This document shows positions 1-10,848 of a stretch of 64,000 bases of DNA, piece by piece (within the stretch, counting starts at the first letter, position 1; every line of letters starts with the position of its first letter). The translations under genes and the position numbers were made by a program. Location of the stretch: contig AP024666.1 of the NCBI GenBank assembly GCA_024346625.1, positions 124,001-188,000 on the forward strand, in the 5' to 3' direction. The notes below the pieces were generated by a model. It was given only the letters and a program-made list of their open reading frames with translations. It searched no databases and was not told the origin of the DNA. Origin of the DNA: Williopsis jadinii. Taxonomy: Eukaryota.

Positions 1-1
1 T

Positions 2-844
2 CCATTCTACAAACTACCAGAAACTGATTCGCTTTCCACAGTGGTGGAAATCTTGGGGTCCGGAGTTCACAGAATTGCAATCATTAACGAACAGGCAACT
101 AGAATCACAGGTATTCTCTCACAGAGAAGATTGATCAAGTACTTTTGGGATAACGCCAGAAGATTCCCATCTTTGGAACCAATCTTCCAATCAACGCTAT
201 CGGAGGTGAATATCGGTAACTCAAAAGTTATGTCAGTGTTTGGAGATGAACCGCTAATGAATGCTCTTGTCAAGATGAACGTTGAAAGAATATCATCCGT
301 TGCAGTTGTTGACCATCATTTGAACTTGTTAGGTAATATCTCGGTTACCGACGTTAAATTTGTCACAAAGTCTTCCCAATCGCCATTACTCCACAAGAGT
401 TGTCTACACTTTGTGAGTCTTATCTTGAACCATAGAGGTATTGAAGACGGTAAGGATTCCTTCCCAATCTTCCACGTTTATCCAACTTCCTCCATCGGTA
501 GAACAATTGCCAAGTTGGTTGCAACAAAATCCCATAGACTCTGGGTCGTTAGACCTTATGCACCATCATCGGCCTCGTCTAACCAATCAACATCATCTGC
601 ATCCTCGGTCAACGTTGAGAGTAATCCACTCAACCCAGAAAATGAAGGAAGAGCAGGAAAATTGATAGGTGTGGTGTCGTTAACTGACATCTTGGGATTG
701 ATTGCAAGAAGACATGGTAAATATTATGTTGATCCGAACCAGGCAAGAAAGCAAAGAAGAAGATCCTCTTCCTCTTCAACGAGATCCTCGGGTTCCTTGG
801 AGCAGTTTAGAAGATCAATCAGTGGTGCTTCTGATCTAAGATGA
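2..844 (+). CDS. SDS23: CBS-domain protein Sds23/Sds24 (5' partial)
   Basis: The frame is open from the window edge (PFYKLPETDSLSTVVEILGSGVHR). It has tandem CBS motifs (GILSQRRLIKY, GNISVTDVK, GKDSFPIFHV, GVVSLTDIL) and a basic/Ser-rich tail. Confidence 0.9.
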   Translation, partial: PFYKLPETDSLSTVVEILGSGVHRIAIINEQATRITGILSQRRLIKYFWDNARRFPSLEPIFQSTLSEVNIGNSKVMSVFGDEPLMNALVKMNVERISSVAVVDHHLNLLGNISVTDVKFVTKSSQSPLLHKSCLHFVSLILNHRGIEDGKDSFPIFHVYPTSSIGRTIAKLVATKSHRLWVVRPYAPSSASSNQSTSSASSVNVESNPLNPENEGRAGKLIGVVSLTDILGLIARRHGKYYVDPNQARKQRRRSSSSSTRSSGSLEQFRRSISGASDLR

Positions 845-1042
845 AACTTGTACAGCGCCTGACGTCTTTTTTTCAGGAAACACGGGCAACCTCTTTAAGA
901 TTATATTATTTCTTTTTTTTATTACACTCTTTATTGAACTGTTATCTGTCTTTATTTATAGAAAGAATCAACAGAACGAAAGAAAGGAAACCATTTTGCA
1001 TAAAACACTGTATATATATTGTAAAATTGTACGTATAACCTA

Positions 1043-2263
1043 TTAGACTATTCCTAATGGCCAACCTATTGGTCTCGAAACTGCAACTTTGACGTTCAAC
1101 TCTTCTGCCCACTCCCAGACCAATGAAGGTTTCTTCAAAAATGGGGAGCCTATGAAGACGACATCTGCATCCTCATTAGTTATAATGTCGTTGGCCAGCC
1201 ATGCACTGTTGATTCTACCAACGGTCGATACCAAGATCTTTAAGCTCTTTTCCTTGACGTAATGCTTCACAGCTCTTGCAAGTGGAACGTGATATCCAGG
1301 AGAATGGGCAATCTTGATCTGATTACTGTCAATTCCACCGCTTGAAACGTCAACGAGGTCAACCCCGTGCTTGTCCAATGCCTCTACAAGCGATAGCGTG
1401 TCATTCATGTGCCATGCATCTGGATTGTTACTCCATTCCTCTGCGGAGATTCTCACAAACAGTGGGTGTTCATTGTCTTTAACTGCATCACAAATCTCCA
1501 ATAGGAATCTCATTCTGTTTTCCAAGGGGCCACCATACTCATCTGTTCTCTTATTCGAAGCAGCACTTAAGAAGCAGTTGACAAGATAACCATGTGCAGC
1601 CTGAATCTCTACAAAGTCAAAGCCTGCAATTTTGATAGCCCTATCTCTTGCCTCTTTGTACTTTTTGACAAGGTTTTTGATATCTTCTTTCGTCATTTCC
1701 CTTGGTACCGGGTACCCATCTTGTTCGCTGTATGATATAGCACTTGCTGAGATGATCTTTTCAGGTTGATCTGCCCACCCACCAGCTTCTTTCCCTATTG
1801 CTGTCAATGCCTTAGACGTGTGCAATGCCCATGTCGATGATTTCCTACCACCATGGCTTAACTGAACACCTATCTTCCCTCCTTGACTATGGACGAAATC
1901 AACCACTGGTTTCCATCCCAGGGCCTGGGAATCTGTTTCCAGTGCCAACTCCTCTGGTGAACACCGTCCATCTTCCGTGACAGCCACTGCCTCGGCGACT
2001 ATCAGAGAACAACCACGTTCCACAACTGAGCCGTAATGGATCAAATGGTACAAATTTGGTGTTGCCTTATTGGGGCCTTCCTTATCAGTCGCGTACATAA
2101 CCATTGGAGACATTGCGATCCTGTTAGGCACAGTCATTCCTTTAATCTTCAAGGGTGTGAACAATGGGGGAGCTTCAGTACCGTCCAAAGTGGAGATTAC
2201 CGTTCCCGTCGGGTGCAAAGCTGCCGGAACAAAGTAAGGAATACCAGGAGATGGGTTAGCCAT
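1043..2263 (-). CDS. NADH:flavin oxidoreductase, old yellow enzyme family (YqjM/Oye32-like)
   Basis: 406 aa with NRIAMSPM, GVQLSHGGRK, GFDFVEIQAAHGYL, NKRTDEYGG, ENRMRF and DLVDVSSGG motifs. Confidence 0.9.
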   Translation of the reverse strand: MANPSPGIPYFVPAALHPTGTVISTLDGTEAPPLFTPLKIKGMTVPNRIAMSPMVMYATDKEGPNKATPNLYHLIHYGSVVERGCSLIVAEAVAVTEDGRCSPEELALETDSQALGWKPVVDFVHSQGGKIGVQLSHGGRKSSTWALHTSKALTAIGKEAGGWADQPEKIISASAISYSEQDGYPVPREMTKEDIKNLVKKYKEARDRAIKIAGFDFVEIQAAHGYLVNCFLSAASNKRTDEYGGPLENRMRFLLEICDAVKDNEHPLFVRISAEEWSNNPDAWHMNDTLSLVEALDKHGVDLVDVSSGGIDSNQIKIAHSPGYHVPLARAVKHYVKEKSLKILVSTVGRINSAWLANDIITNEDADVVFIGSPFLKKPSLVWEWAEELNVKVAVSRPIGWPLGIV

Positions 2264-2580
2264 TGTTGATTCTCGATCTGCTCTCTGTTCTCTCTCTCAA
2301 ATGTTTGTATGATGGTGAAAACAGCTAAAGTATCAAAAGAACAAGAAGCTAATCATGTTACATCACGCACTTATATGTGGGCCGGAGCTGCACTGCGGAG
2401 GCTCATATGTTCCCAATTGGGTTATTTCCGACATTTTCTCCTGCTCTGCCCTCGGATCTTGAGAGATGCCGGAATTCTCAACTTCCACCTAGAAAATTCC
2501 GACCGAGGTTCACGATGTTGTTTATCAATGGCAGTGTTCTCCAACAGATTCACGGCAGTTTGACAGTACAACTCATCACA

Positions 2581-3255
2581 ATGGCGGAGGAGAGCCTTAT
2601 ATCGTCGCTGTATCCACCCCCACCTGCGTACTACAAGTACTTCACCTCAGAAAACGTCAACAGGGCCAAAGAGCTCGAAGCGAGCGGCGGAGAGATACCG
2701 GAAGATGCAAAATACCTCGAGTTTCTAACACCACCAAGACAACCTGAAGGCGAGACGTACAGATCTTTTGGTAATGTATGGCAATTCAACGATAAGATTC
2801 CACAGCTCGAAGATATGGGGATCCCACAGCTCTATAAGCCGTCTGATGTGCCCGACGGGGACGATTCCCAGGCCAAGATCCTCGCGTTGAAGAAGCTCAT
2901 CAAATCATTGCTGCTCAACTTCCTAGAGGTTGTTGGTGTTATGAGCGTGGATCCCAAGGAGTTCTCACTGAAAGTCGAGCACATAAGGACGATTCTGATC
3001 AATATACACCATCTCTTGAACGAGTACAGGCCACATCAGTCTCGTGAATCGCTGATACTACTGATGGAGAACCAGGTGGAGACAAAGAAGAATGAGATCC
3101 TGGAGATCAAAAGGGTCTGCTCCGAGGTTGAGGACAAGATCAAGTCGCTCGTCGAGGTCTATGTCGACGGCAAAGCAGAGGTGAAGCATGAAGACGATGA
3201 GCTGCAACCTCCACAGGAGGTTCGCTCTGAGATGGACATTGACCCTGTAGTATAG
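2581..3255 (+). CDS. MED7: Mediator subunit Med7
   Basis: ATG at 2581. Motifs SSLYPPPP, YRSFG, KSLLLNFLE and NIHHLLNEYRPHQSRESLI. Confidence 0.95.
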   Translation: MAEESLISSLYPPPPAYYKYFTSENVNRAKELEASGGEIPEDAKYLEFLTPPRQPEGETYRSFGNVWQFNDKIPQLEDMGIPQLYKPSDVPDGDDSQAKILALKKLIKSLLLNFLEVVGVMSVDPKEFSLKVEHIRTILINIHHLLNEYRPHQSRESLILLMENQVETKKNEILEIKRVCSEVEDKIKSLVEVYVDGKAEVKHEDDELQPPQEVRSEMDIDPVV

Positions 3256-3518
3256 CTCATACACAGAAAAAGGACGTTATGCCCCCTGTTGACCCTCACC
3301 ATGTAGCACAATCCATACTCAAATACACTTTAATTGGCCTCATCAGCCACTGTAGACAGTATAAAATGGCAACTGCTAACAAACTCCCTCCCTCCACCAC
3401 CCGGGTAACTATAACTCCACCAGTGCTTTTTTGCCGCGCGGTGAAATTTACACAGAGGAGCTCAAACACACACAGCCAAACACACACAGCCAGCAAGCTG
3501 ACGGCGGAAAGAGTAACA

Positions 3519-3985
3519 ATGAGCGCGGTTGAAGACGTAGAGTCGGTACAGGACGTCGATGCCATGGACGTTGATGTCGAATCACCAGCACGTAAGTACT
3601 CGTCTTGCACTTGTTTTGGAGAGAGGGGCCGCTATTGATCTGTCTCTCATTTATATGGATGGTTGTATAATACTGACACCATTGCCACTGTACAGCACAA
3701 GAGCAGAAGGTTAAGAAGAAATTTGAGGTTAGAAAGTGGACCGCCGTGGCGTTCTGGTCGTGGGATATCGTTGTTGAGACCTGTGCGATTTGCAGAAACC
3801 ATCTGATGGAGCCTTGTATCGAATGCCAGCCGAACTCGATGAGTAACTCGTCAAACGAGTGTATTGCAGCATGGGGGTCCTGTAACCATGCCTTCCATAT
3901 GCACTGTATCTCGAGATGGTTGAAGACGCGTAACGTTTGTCCCTTGGACAACAGAGAATGGCAGTTCCAGAAGTACGGTAAGTAG
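3519..3985 (+). CDS. HRT1: SCF RING-H2 subunit Rbx1/Hrt1; 2 exons (3519-3591, 3696-3985)
   Basis: Intron 3592-3695 (GTAAGT...TACTGAC...CAG) joins MSAVED...ESPA in frame to [24 protein letters not shown], followed by [15 protein letters not shown] and CPLDN. Confidence 0.95.
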
Positions 3986-4066
3986 GCGCTACGCACTATG
4001 GTTGATGGTTATGGTTGTTGATGTTATTTTATTCAGATTATAATGAGTTCTGGTTGTTTTTTTGGC

Positions 4067-5028
4067 TCAGTTGCCACCGTAGTAACGTTCGGAACGGGCA
4101 AATCTTCCAAGGATTACAGAGCTGAGACACTGCTTGGAGAAGTCTTCGACGACTTGCTCAAACTTGTCCTTCTCTTGATCTATCCAGAACTCTATGAAAA
4201 AGATGTAGTGCCACGGGGTTTCAATGGACGGTCTCGAGGTGATTGAGGTCAGGTTGATCTTCTTGTCAGTGAGCACTTGCAACGCCTTGACCAGTGCACC
4301 TGGATCCTCGTGTTCTACTGTAAATGCCAATAGCGTGATGTACTTCTGAGGCAGTTCCACTTGGTGATGCTTGCTCAGGACTAGAAACCTAGTGGTGTTG
4401 TCCTTGACATTTTCAACGTTTCTATGCAAGATTGGAACGTTGTGGACCTTTGAAGCGTATTCACTGGAGATCGCAGCGTGTCCGTCTCCCATCTCGGCCG
4501 CAATCTCGGCAGCCTTTGACGTGGAACTTGTATCGATCTTCTCGATGTGTGGATGATTGAACAGCCAGTTAGTGACTTGGCCCCAGGCCTGTGGATGGGT
4601 GTAGATCTTCTTAACCTTGGACATATCAGTGGAATGAGTCAATACGCAGTGGTGTATAGCGACGAATTGCTCGTATACAACTCTCAGCCCACTGTTTGGG
4701 TTCCTTACCATCCACTCACAGATCAAGTCGTAGGCGAGGGCAACCTGGCCATTGGTGGAGTTCTCGAATGGCACAACAGAGAAGTCCACCTCTTCATCCT
4801 CCAGCAGCGAGAAGCAGCCTATGTCTATGTCAGTCTGAGTTCGTCTTGCCGAGGCGATACTACTTACTCTTGATAGTTGGCTGTGGAACCAACTCTGCGT
4901 CTCCATTCCCAAACTGCTGAATAGCAGCCTTGTTTTCATGTTAGTGTGTTGATGGCGAAATGCCTCGACTGACTCACCTGGTGTGTATACGTTCCCTCAG
5001 GGCCCAGGTAGGCAACTTTGAAGGGCAT
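4067..5028 (-). CDS. PHA2: Prephenate dehydratase; 3 exons (5028-4978, 4928-4868, 4818-4067)
   Basis: Exon 1 encodes MPFKVAYLGPEGTYTHQ. Two 49-nt introns (GTGAGT..CACTAAC..AAG and GTAAGT..GACTGAC..TAG) restore a 287-aa protein with VVPFENSTNG, NTTRF and an ACT domain. Confidence 0.93.
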
Positions 5029-5228
5029 TCGACCTGTGTCCCGTTGACTCGTGTCCCGTTGACCTGTGCGTGTGTGTGCCTCGAGGACGAAGAAGGAGAA
5101 GCGCTGATGCGCTGAAATTTTTCACCGGTTACCGGGCCTGTTGCCGGAGAAAGGCCTACAGACTACAACATCATACATCTGTTCCCACATCACAACGGTG
5201 TATATACAAGTGTGGACTAAGTAATGGC

Positions 5229-6137
5229 TCAGTTCTCCAATGACTGTGCCTCCTCGACTAACTTGTCAACGTTGAAGTTAGGCGAACCGGACGTGAAGTC
5301 TCTCAAGAGCTGTAGACGACGCTGTGACACTGCGGTGTCGGCCATTGCCCCGTAGAATCTCTGCACGTTCAGCAGTAGCAGTTGAGCCTCCGGCAACTTC
5401 ATCGCAGACTCCTTCTCCACGGTTCCGTTCATCAGCACAATCCCCTTCGCATCCTCCAGCTCCGTGTGGAAGGACACCGTTGTGTGAGGTCTTGCGAACT
5501 CGCCGTGTGTCTTGAACTCCAGCAGCGTGGTGAACATACAGTGGACGGTGTCTGGGCCAACAAATGCCCATTGGACGTAGTGCATCTCGATGCCATCGTC
5601 GTTACGTGGCAACGGCAGCACAAAGGTCGGGTTCTCACGGGCGTTCTTTATCATCTTTTGGAACGCCTCTGCTGGAACAACAGAGATCAGCGTGTCGTCC
5701 TTGTTGTAGAAGCGTGCCTTCCAGATCACCTCGATCTCCTGCGGCGTCAGCTGCTTGATCTTGGTGACGTCGATGAAGGAGTCCATGGTCTTGTAAGGCT
5801 TCTCAGGGATCCCTGGCGCCCGTGGGTCTCTGATCTTACCCTCTCTGCCAACCTTCTCCTGTGCTTCCATCGCAGCCTTACGCTCAAACTCCTCCAGCTC
5901 TTTCAGCGGGTCCACACGGTCAAACTCCTTCCGCTTCTCGCTGATGACATCCTTCATCTTCTCTTTCAGCTCCTCGATGCTGCTGGCCCCCATCTCATGG
6001 GCCTTTCTTTGCAGCTGCTCCTTGTATCTTTCCACTGGCTCCTTTGAGGCCTTTTGCAGGTGGATCGAGGTGCACACCGCACCTCTCGCGAGGAAGGGAC
6101 GTAGGCATAGCGCCCTGGCTCTAATTACTGGAATCAT
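5229..6137 (-). CDS. ATP11: Mitochondrial F1-ATPase assembly factor Atp11
   Basis: Basic presequence plus FVLPLPR, MHYVQW, FTTLLEFK and QLLLLNVQRFY. Adjacent to PHA2, as in S. cerevisiae. Confidence 0.93.
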   Translation of the reverse strand: MIPVIRARALCLRPFLARGAVCTSIHLQKASKEPVERYKEQLQRKAHEMGASSIEELKEKMKDVISEKRKEFDRVDPLKELEEFERKAAMEAQEKVGREGKIRDPRAPGIPEKPYKTMDSFIDVTKIKQLTPQEIEVIWKARFYNKDDTLISVVPAEAFQKMIKNARENPTFVLPLPRNDDGIEMHYVQWAFVGPDTVHCMFTTLLEFKTHGEFARPHTTVSFHTELEDAKGIVLMNGTVEKESAMKLPEAQLLLLNVQRFYGAMADTAVSQRRLQLLRDFTSGSPNFNVDKLVEEAQSLEN

Positions 6138-6585
6138 CACTCCTCTTCGTGCTCTGTCTCAACCCGTCTAAGCCAATTGACAAGTGAATGGAACCGGACA
6201 ATCACTGAGAAGTGTGAGCAGGGGAAAAATAAAACCCAGCCCGAAAAAAAATACACGAAATGATGCTTTTCGCGTCGTTTTGTTTTCCACCACGACGGAA
6301 AAGTTGATCTCTTTTCCTAAAGCTTTTGATCTATTTGCATAGCCTTCGAATACACACAAAAAAGTGTTGATCTTTTTTCGCTTTGTTTACTTTTAGCCAA
6401 CACCCCTTTAATACCCGTTGCACTCTGGAATCATCAACACGGAAAGGGACCTGGCGCTCCAACGTCAACAGCAACAGCAACAGTAACAGCGGCAAGCAAA
6501 AAAATCTAAACTTGGATCAAGAACACATACCAAAGTGACACAACAGACTAGCACGGACAAACAGCGGGAGCTCATCCGGATCACG

Positions 6586-9500
6586 ATGAGTCAGGGCGCT
6601 TCTCATTCCCAGGAGTTCAGGCAGAAGGGCTCGGCTCTAAGTTCATCGCCAAAGAAGAAGGGCAAGGCCGCTTTGACGAATAAACCCTTGCCGCTGCCTG
6701 AGACGGTCCCATCAGCGTCCCCATCTGTCGGTGCGGGCGCTAACAATAGCACTGTGAAAAACAACAACAACGGAGTGAACGGCAACAGCGGTGTTGAAGA
6801 CGATGACAGCGACGACGATGACGAAGAGTTTGTCCATGAATTTACGAGGAACGATGTACGCGAACTAATACACTGCATCACGCAGGAGTTGAAGGTTAGA
6901 GGCTCAAAGACGCCGTTGCTACTGCTGGCGTTTAGACCGAAGGCTTCGGAAGCCAATCTGACAGTATTTTTGGCACAGGTGATACCCAATGGTTCTACGC
7001 CAGCCAAGCTGAGAACCATTGAAAAGGTTGTGTCCAATGCAGATGTCTATACACTCATAACGGCGTTGAAATACCTGTGGGCAAGATTGCCCACAAACGC
7101 GATCATTGGATGGGACTCGTATGAGAACTTTAAGAGGCTGGAAGCGAACGACAACTACCCCAAGAGGGCATTTCTGGAGTATATGCCCCAATGTCTGTCT
7201 TCACCTTCACATGCTTCGATTGTGTATGACTTTTTGGATCTGATTGTATGTTTGGCCTCAAACTTCAAGGAGAATCAACTCAGCGGTAGAAAGATTGCCA
7301 AAATGACAGGTATCTGGGCGTTCAACGGACCACCTCCTTCCTCAAGCCTTTCAAAGAAGAAGTCGAATTCATTTGGTGATGGTCTGCGTGATTGGATCCC
7401 GGCAGCCGATGCAATGTTCCATCTGCTGTTATCGTTCTTGAGATCTATGTTACCTGAAGATTCAAGAACAAAATTGCAACTACCGAGAACTTTACAGGCT
7501 TTGCTTGCAAGTAATTCATATCCCCCACCTCCGGATATGACCCTATCGTCCACAACAATTGTGAGTGTGCCACTTGTCACTATAAAGACAAACGTTATGT
7601 CAACTTCCCCCGTTGAACTGATAAACAAAGTCCCCAAAGTGTTGACGTTTAACAACCCAGATATGTTCCAGGCGAAGGAGGATTTTGCTCTGTTGAAATC
7701 TCTATGTAAAAGCGACGATAACATCTTGAACAAGCTATCATCCGAGTCTAGGAGAATAATGGAGGCATTATGTGAAAGAAAATCAGGTGCACACCTGAAA
7801 GCAGGATGGTCAGAGGTTAGACCGAAACGTCCTACAAAGAAGGAAACAGAAGTGGAGATCACTCGTGTTTCAATCGATGACTACTTTATATGGGCTTGGA
7901 TGGCGAGCTTATCGTTTGAACAAACTGCAACAAAGAAGAAAATCTTTGGTAAATCCCTTATAACAGAAGTGGTATTTGATGGGTTTAAGAAATGGATCAT
8001 AGTGGAGGAAGTGGACATCTCAGCGAGACTTTCGATCCCACCTCTACCGGAAAAGTCGAAAGTTAAAAAGACTATACAACCTAACTATAGATCCATGCTT
8101 GACGACTTACCACCTGATGATCCGTCTACTGCATCTCAAAAAAAGGCAAAATCATCAAAGAAACAGTCAAAACCTTTACCAAAGATTGTGATTAAGAGAG
8201 AAAAATCAAAAGAAAAACCAAAGACAGTATCCGATTTGGTGTTGAATCCTTTGAAAAAGATGAATCTACTTCACCATCAACACCAGCTCCAACAGCAACA
8301 GCAGAGTCGCCCTCAACAGTCACACCAAAAGCTCACCATGCCAAAACCTGTTGCAGCAAGACACATATCTGAGTATAAACCTTTGGAAGATGTTGGTGGA
8401 TTGCCTGAGATAGAGACAAACCAATATAGATTGAGCATTCCATTGGAGGGATTTGGTCTAACTGAGTATTCTGAAGGTCACAACGCACAAAACAACGCGT
8501 ATGATCATGATGGCTACGATGAAGATCAGTATAACAATGGATATTTTGATGGAGATGGACAACAGAATGAACCACAGGGCTGGTATGACCAGCAGGGTCG
8601 CACACAGAACCAATACACATCGCCCCCTCAGAGACAGCAGAAACAATCAGCAGAAGTAGAACAAGGACAACAACAAGAGTACCGTTATTGGAGTTCACAA
8701 GATGAGTACAAGAGGGAGCCGGTCCCACAAGAAACTATCCAAGATGCGTATAACCATGCCATGTCTATGTTAGAACCAAGTAATTCTCAAGAGGAGTACT
8801 ATAAGCAAACTGGATCTATTGAGAACTTGTCCTCAATGGTGGATGAGCTTGGTATTCAAGTGAGTAACGTGGAGACAAAGCTTAATAATCGTGTTGCTCC
8901 AAATTATGATACTGTTGTGCCATTACCTATAGAAAATAATGAGGGTCCACCTACAAAGTCAGTCACACCATCTGAAGCAGCTTCAAGTTTCTATGGAAGA
9001 ATACCATCTGTTTCCACTGATAGATCACAGAAGACTCCTGAGATTGACTATGATGACAATGGACGATTTGATCAGGCTACTCCTGTGGCAAGCTACGATA
9101 ATCAAGAAGAATTCAATCAGGCTACTCCTGTCGTTAAACGTAATCAAAGAGCACAGATATCCGACTACCCAACCCAACAGAGAGTTAGGTCTATGGTTGA
9201 CGATGTTCTTTCAGATGAAGACGTACATGGTCCACGGGTGCCTTTGAAAGGCCATTCTGAAAGTTATCAAAATGTGGCACAGTTGAAACATGATAATACT
9301 GTTGATATTGACGAGAAAAGAAACTCTATTTATCCGCAAAGTATTCTTGATGGTTACGGCTATACTTCGACAGATGGAAGTCCCACCAAATTGTCCAGAG
9401 ATGCATCTTTCAGTGGTGTCAACAACAGTCAATCAAACCTTCCACAGTCTTTGTCGGCCAAAGACCTAGACTATATTCCAGATTCAAACTTGCCAGATAT

Positions 9501-10848
9501 TCCTATCCCTGTTCCTTCACCACCACGAAGCCCAGTTGGTCAGAACAAGTTCTCGCCGGCATCGAATGGAGCACAGAGAAAACCAATTACCAAAAATTTA
9601 CCTGGTAGCTTATCGTTAGAACCTGTTCCACGTTTATCACAGAGTGAGAAGAGAAACTCGTTTGTTGACACTGCCGGCAATATCTCAACTAGAGATGAAT
9701 TGAGGGCCAACTTGACTGCTTCCTCGACTGACAATCAGAGGGATCTTCCGGGCACTCCTATTCCATCACGAACATATGAGACTCCTGATTCAAATGCAAA
9801 ACGGATTCCAGAGACATCACTTGAGAAAGGCAAACATGTGCCAGCACAAAAGCCTCTGGAGGATTCTCAGCGTGGTCCTTCGTCCACTCCTCGATCTCGT
9901 CCACAACGGAAAGCACCTTCAACTTCACCTGATCGTCACCAAAGAACCACAGATGGTGATGTTAGTACAGCAGGTTCAAGAGGCCGAGGACAACCTTATG
10001 GTATGGTTACTGGAGCTGAAAGTAGAGGCACTGAACATTTACATGTTCCAATGCAGAGTGTTGGGTCTAGTGGTTCGGAGAATACTCCAAGGACCTCCTC
10101 TCCTTTACGTCCAAATGGTAGACATTCACCAAGCCATGTACCTCACCAAAGTCCAAGTCCAAACAGGCCCCCTATACAAGGTCAAGGACAAGGACAAGGT
10201 CGCCGTGGAACTCCTTCGAAGAATCAATATCCTCCGCAAGGTTATCCTTCTCAAGGTTATCCTCCTCAAGGCTACGTTCCACAAAGTTATGGGAGTTATC
10301 ACCCTCAAGGCCAGGGAAAACACTCTAGCAACAACAGTGCATCCTCTTTGCCTGTTCAAAATGACCCTGGGATGTGGCAATCACCTCCCAAAGTTGGAGA
10401 AGCTCCCCGTCATAACAGCTTAGGCGGCGGTTCATCTGCCCCACCGAATGTTGGAAAGTTGAAATATCCTCAACCTTCTGGGCAGGGCTACTATCCGCCT
10501 CCACAAGGTTATTATCCACCACCACAGGGCTATCCTCCACAGGGCTATCCTCCACAGGGTTATCCTCCACAGGGTTATCCTCCTCAAGGCTATCCTCCAC
10601 AGGGCTATCCTCCACAGGGTTATCCGCAATACTACCCATCACCACAGGGCTACTACCCTCCACCTGCTGGCTATGGCTACCCACCTGTCCAAGGCCCACC
10701 ACAGCAGTCAGCGTCCAAGCCTACTGGATCTGACCTTGTGTTGCAGTCGATGCCACCCACTTCTGTTGGAAATAAGCTGCACCACACTGGTAAGAACGGG
10801 AAGAAGAACATACGTGCCGCGCTTATTCAAGGTGACTTTGGTATTTGA
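6586..10848 (+). CDS. MSB1: Msb1-like morphogenesis protein (N-terminal RhoGAP-like domain, long low-complexity region, PPQGY-repeat tail)
   Basis: LIHCITQELKVRG, LKYLWARLP, GWDSY, SIDDYFIWAW and DGFKKWI motifs. Lies near IES4, as in S. cerevisiae. First ATG at 6586. Confidence 0.82.
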   Translation: MSQGASHSQEFRQKGSALSSSPKKKGKAALTNKPLPLPETVPSASPSVGAGANNSTVKNNNNGVNGNSGVEDDDSDDDDEEFVHEFTRNDVRELIHCITQELKVRGSKTPLLLLAFRPKASEANLTVFLAQVIPNGSTPAKLRTIEKVVSNADVYTLITALKYLWARLPTNAIIGWDSYENFKRLEANDNYPKRAFLEYMPQCLSSPSHASIVYDFLDLIVCLASNFKENQLSGRKIAKMTGIWAFNGPPPSSSLSKKKSNSFGDGLRDWIPAADAMFHLLLSFLRSMLPEDSRTKLQLPRTLQALLASNSYPPPPDMTLSSTTIVSVPLVTIKTNVMSTSPVELINKVPKVLTFNNPDMFQAKEDFALLKSLCKSDDNILNKLSSESRRIMEALCERKSGAHLKAGWSEVRPKRPTKKETEVEITRVSIDDYFIWAWMASLSFEQTATKKKIFGKSLITEVVFDGFKKWIIVEEVDISARLSIPPLPEKSKVKKTIQPNYRSMLDDLPPDDPSTASQKKAKSSKKQSKPLPKIVIKREKSKEKPKTVSDLVLNPLKKMNLLHHQHQLQQQQQSRPQQSHQKLTMPKPVAARHISEYKPLEDVGGLPEIETNQYRLSIPLEGFGLTEYSEGHNAQNNAYDHDGYDEDQYNNGYFDGDGQQNEPQGWYDQQGRTQNQYTSPPQRQQKQSAEVEQGQQQEYRYWSSQDEYKREPVPQETIQDAYNHAMSMLEPSNSQEEYYKQTGSIENLSSMVDELGIQVSNVETKLNNRVAPNYDTVVPLPIENNEGPPTKSVTPSEAASSFYGRIPSVSTDRSQKTPEIDYDDNGRFDQATPVASYDNQEEFNQATPVVKRNQRAQISDYPTQQRVRSMVDDVLSDEDVHGPRVPLKGHSESYQNVAQLKHDNTVDIDEKRNSIYPQSILDGYGYTSTDGSPTKLSRDASFSGVNNSQSNLPQSLSAKDLDYIPDSNLPDIPIPVPSPPRSPVGQNKFSPASNGAQRKPITKNLPGSLSLEPVPRLSQSEKRNSFVDTAGNISTRDELRANLTASSTDNQRDLPGTPIPSRTYETPDSNAKRIPETSLEKGKHVPAQKPLEDSQRGPSSTPRSRPQRKAPSTSPDRHQRTTDGDVSTAGSRGRGQPYGMVTGAESRGTEHLHVPMQSVGSSGSENTPRTSSPLRPNGRHSPSHVPHQSPSPNRPPIQGQGQGQGRRGTPSKNQYPPQGYPSQGYPPQGYVPQSYGSYHPQGQGKHSSNNSASSLPVQNDPGMWQSPPKVGEAPRHNSLGGGSSAPPNVGKLKYPQPSGQGYYPPPQGYYPPPQGYPPQGYPPQGYPPQGYPPQGYPPQGYPPQGYPQYYPSPQGYYPPPAGYGYPPVQGPPQQSASKPTGSDLVLQSMPPTSVGNKLHHTGKNGKKNIRAALIQGDFGI
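10484..10680 (+). repeat. Coding minisatellite, 15/18-bp units encoding (G-Y-P-P-Q)n
   Basis: Seven consecutive GGY TAT CCK CCW CAR-like units, flanked by GYYPPPQ variants. Confidence 0.9.

Noticed and set aside
2377..2580. GTG/TTG-started upstream extensions of MED7 and similarly PLB A/C, YAH1, HFI1, CLN, RRN11 and HSP60
   Set aside because: These are artefacts of a bacterial-style ORF caller. Family similarity begins at the downstream ATG.
5278..6171. Overlapping antisense ORFs here and over PLB, MATE, RRN11 and HSP60
   Set aside because: These are shadow ORFs of genuine genes with no independent motifs.
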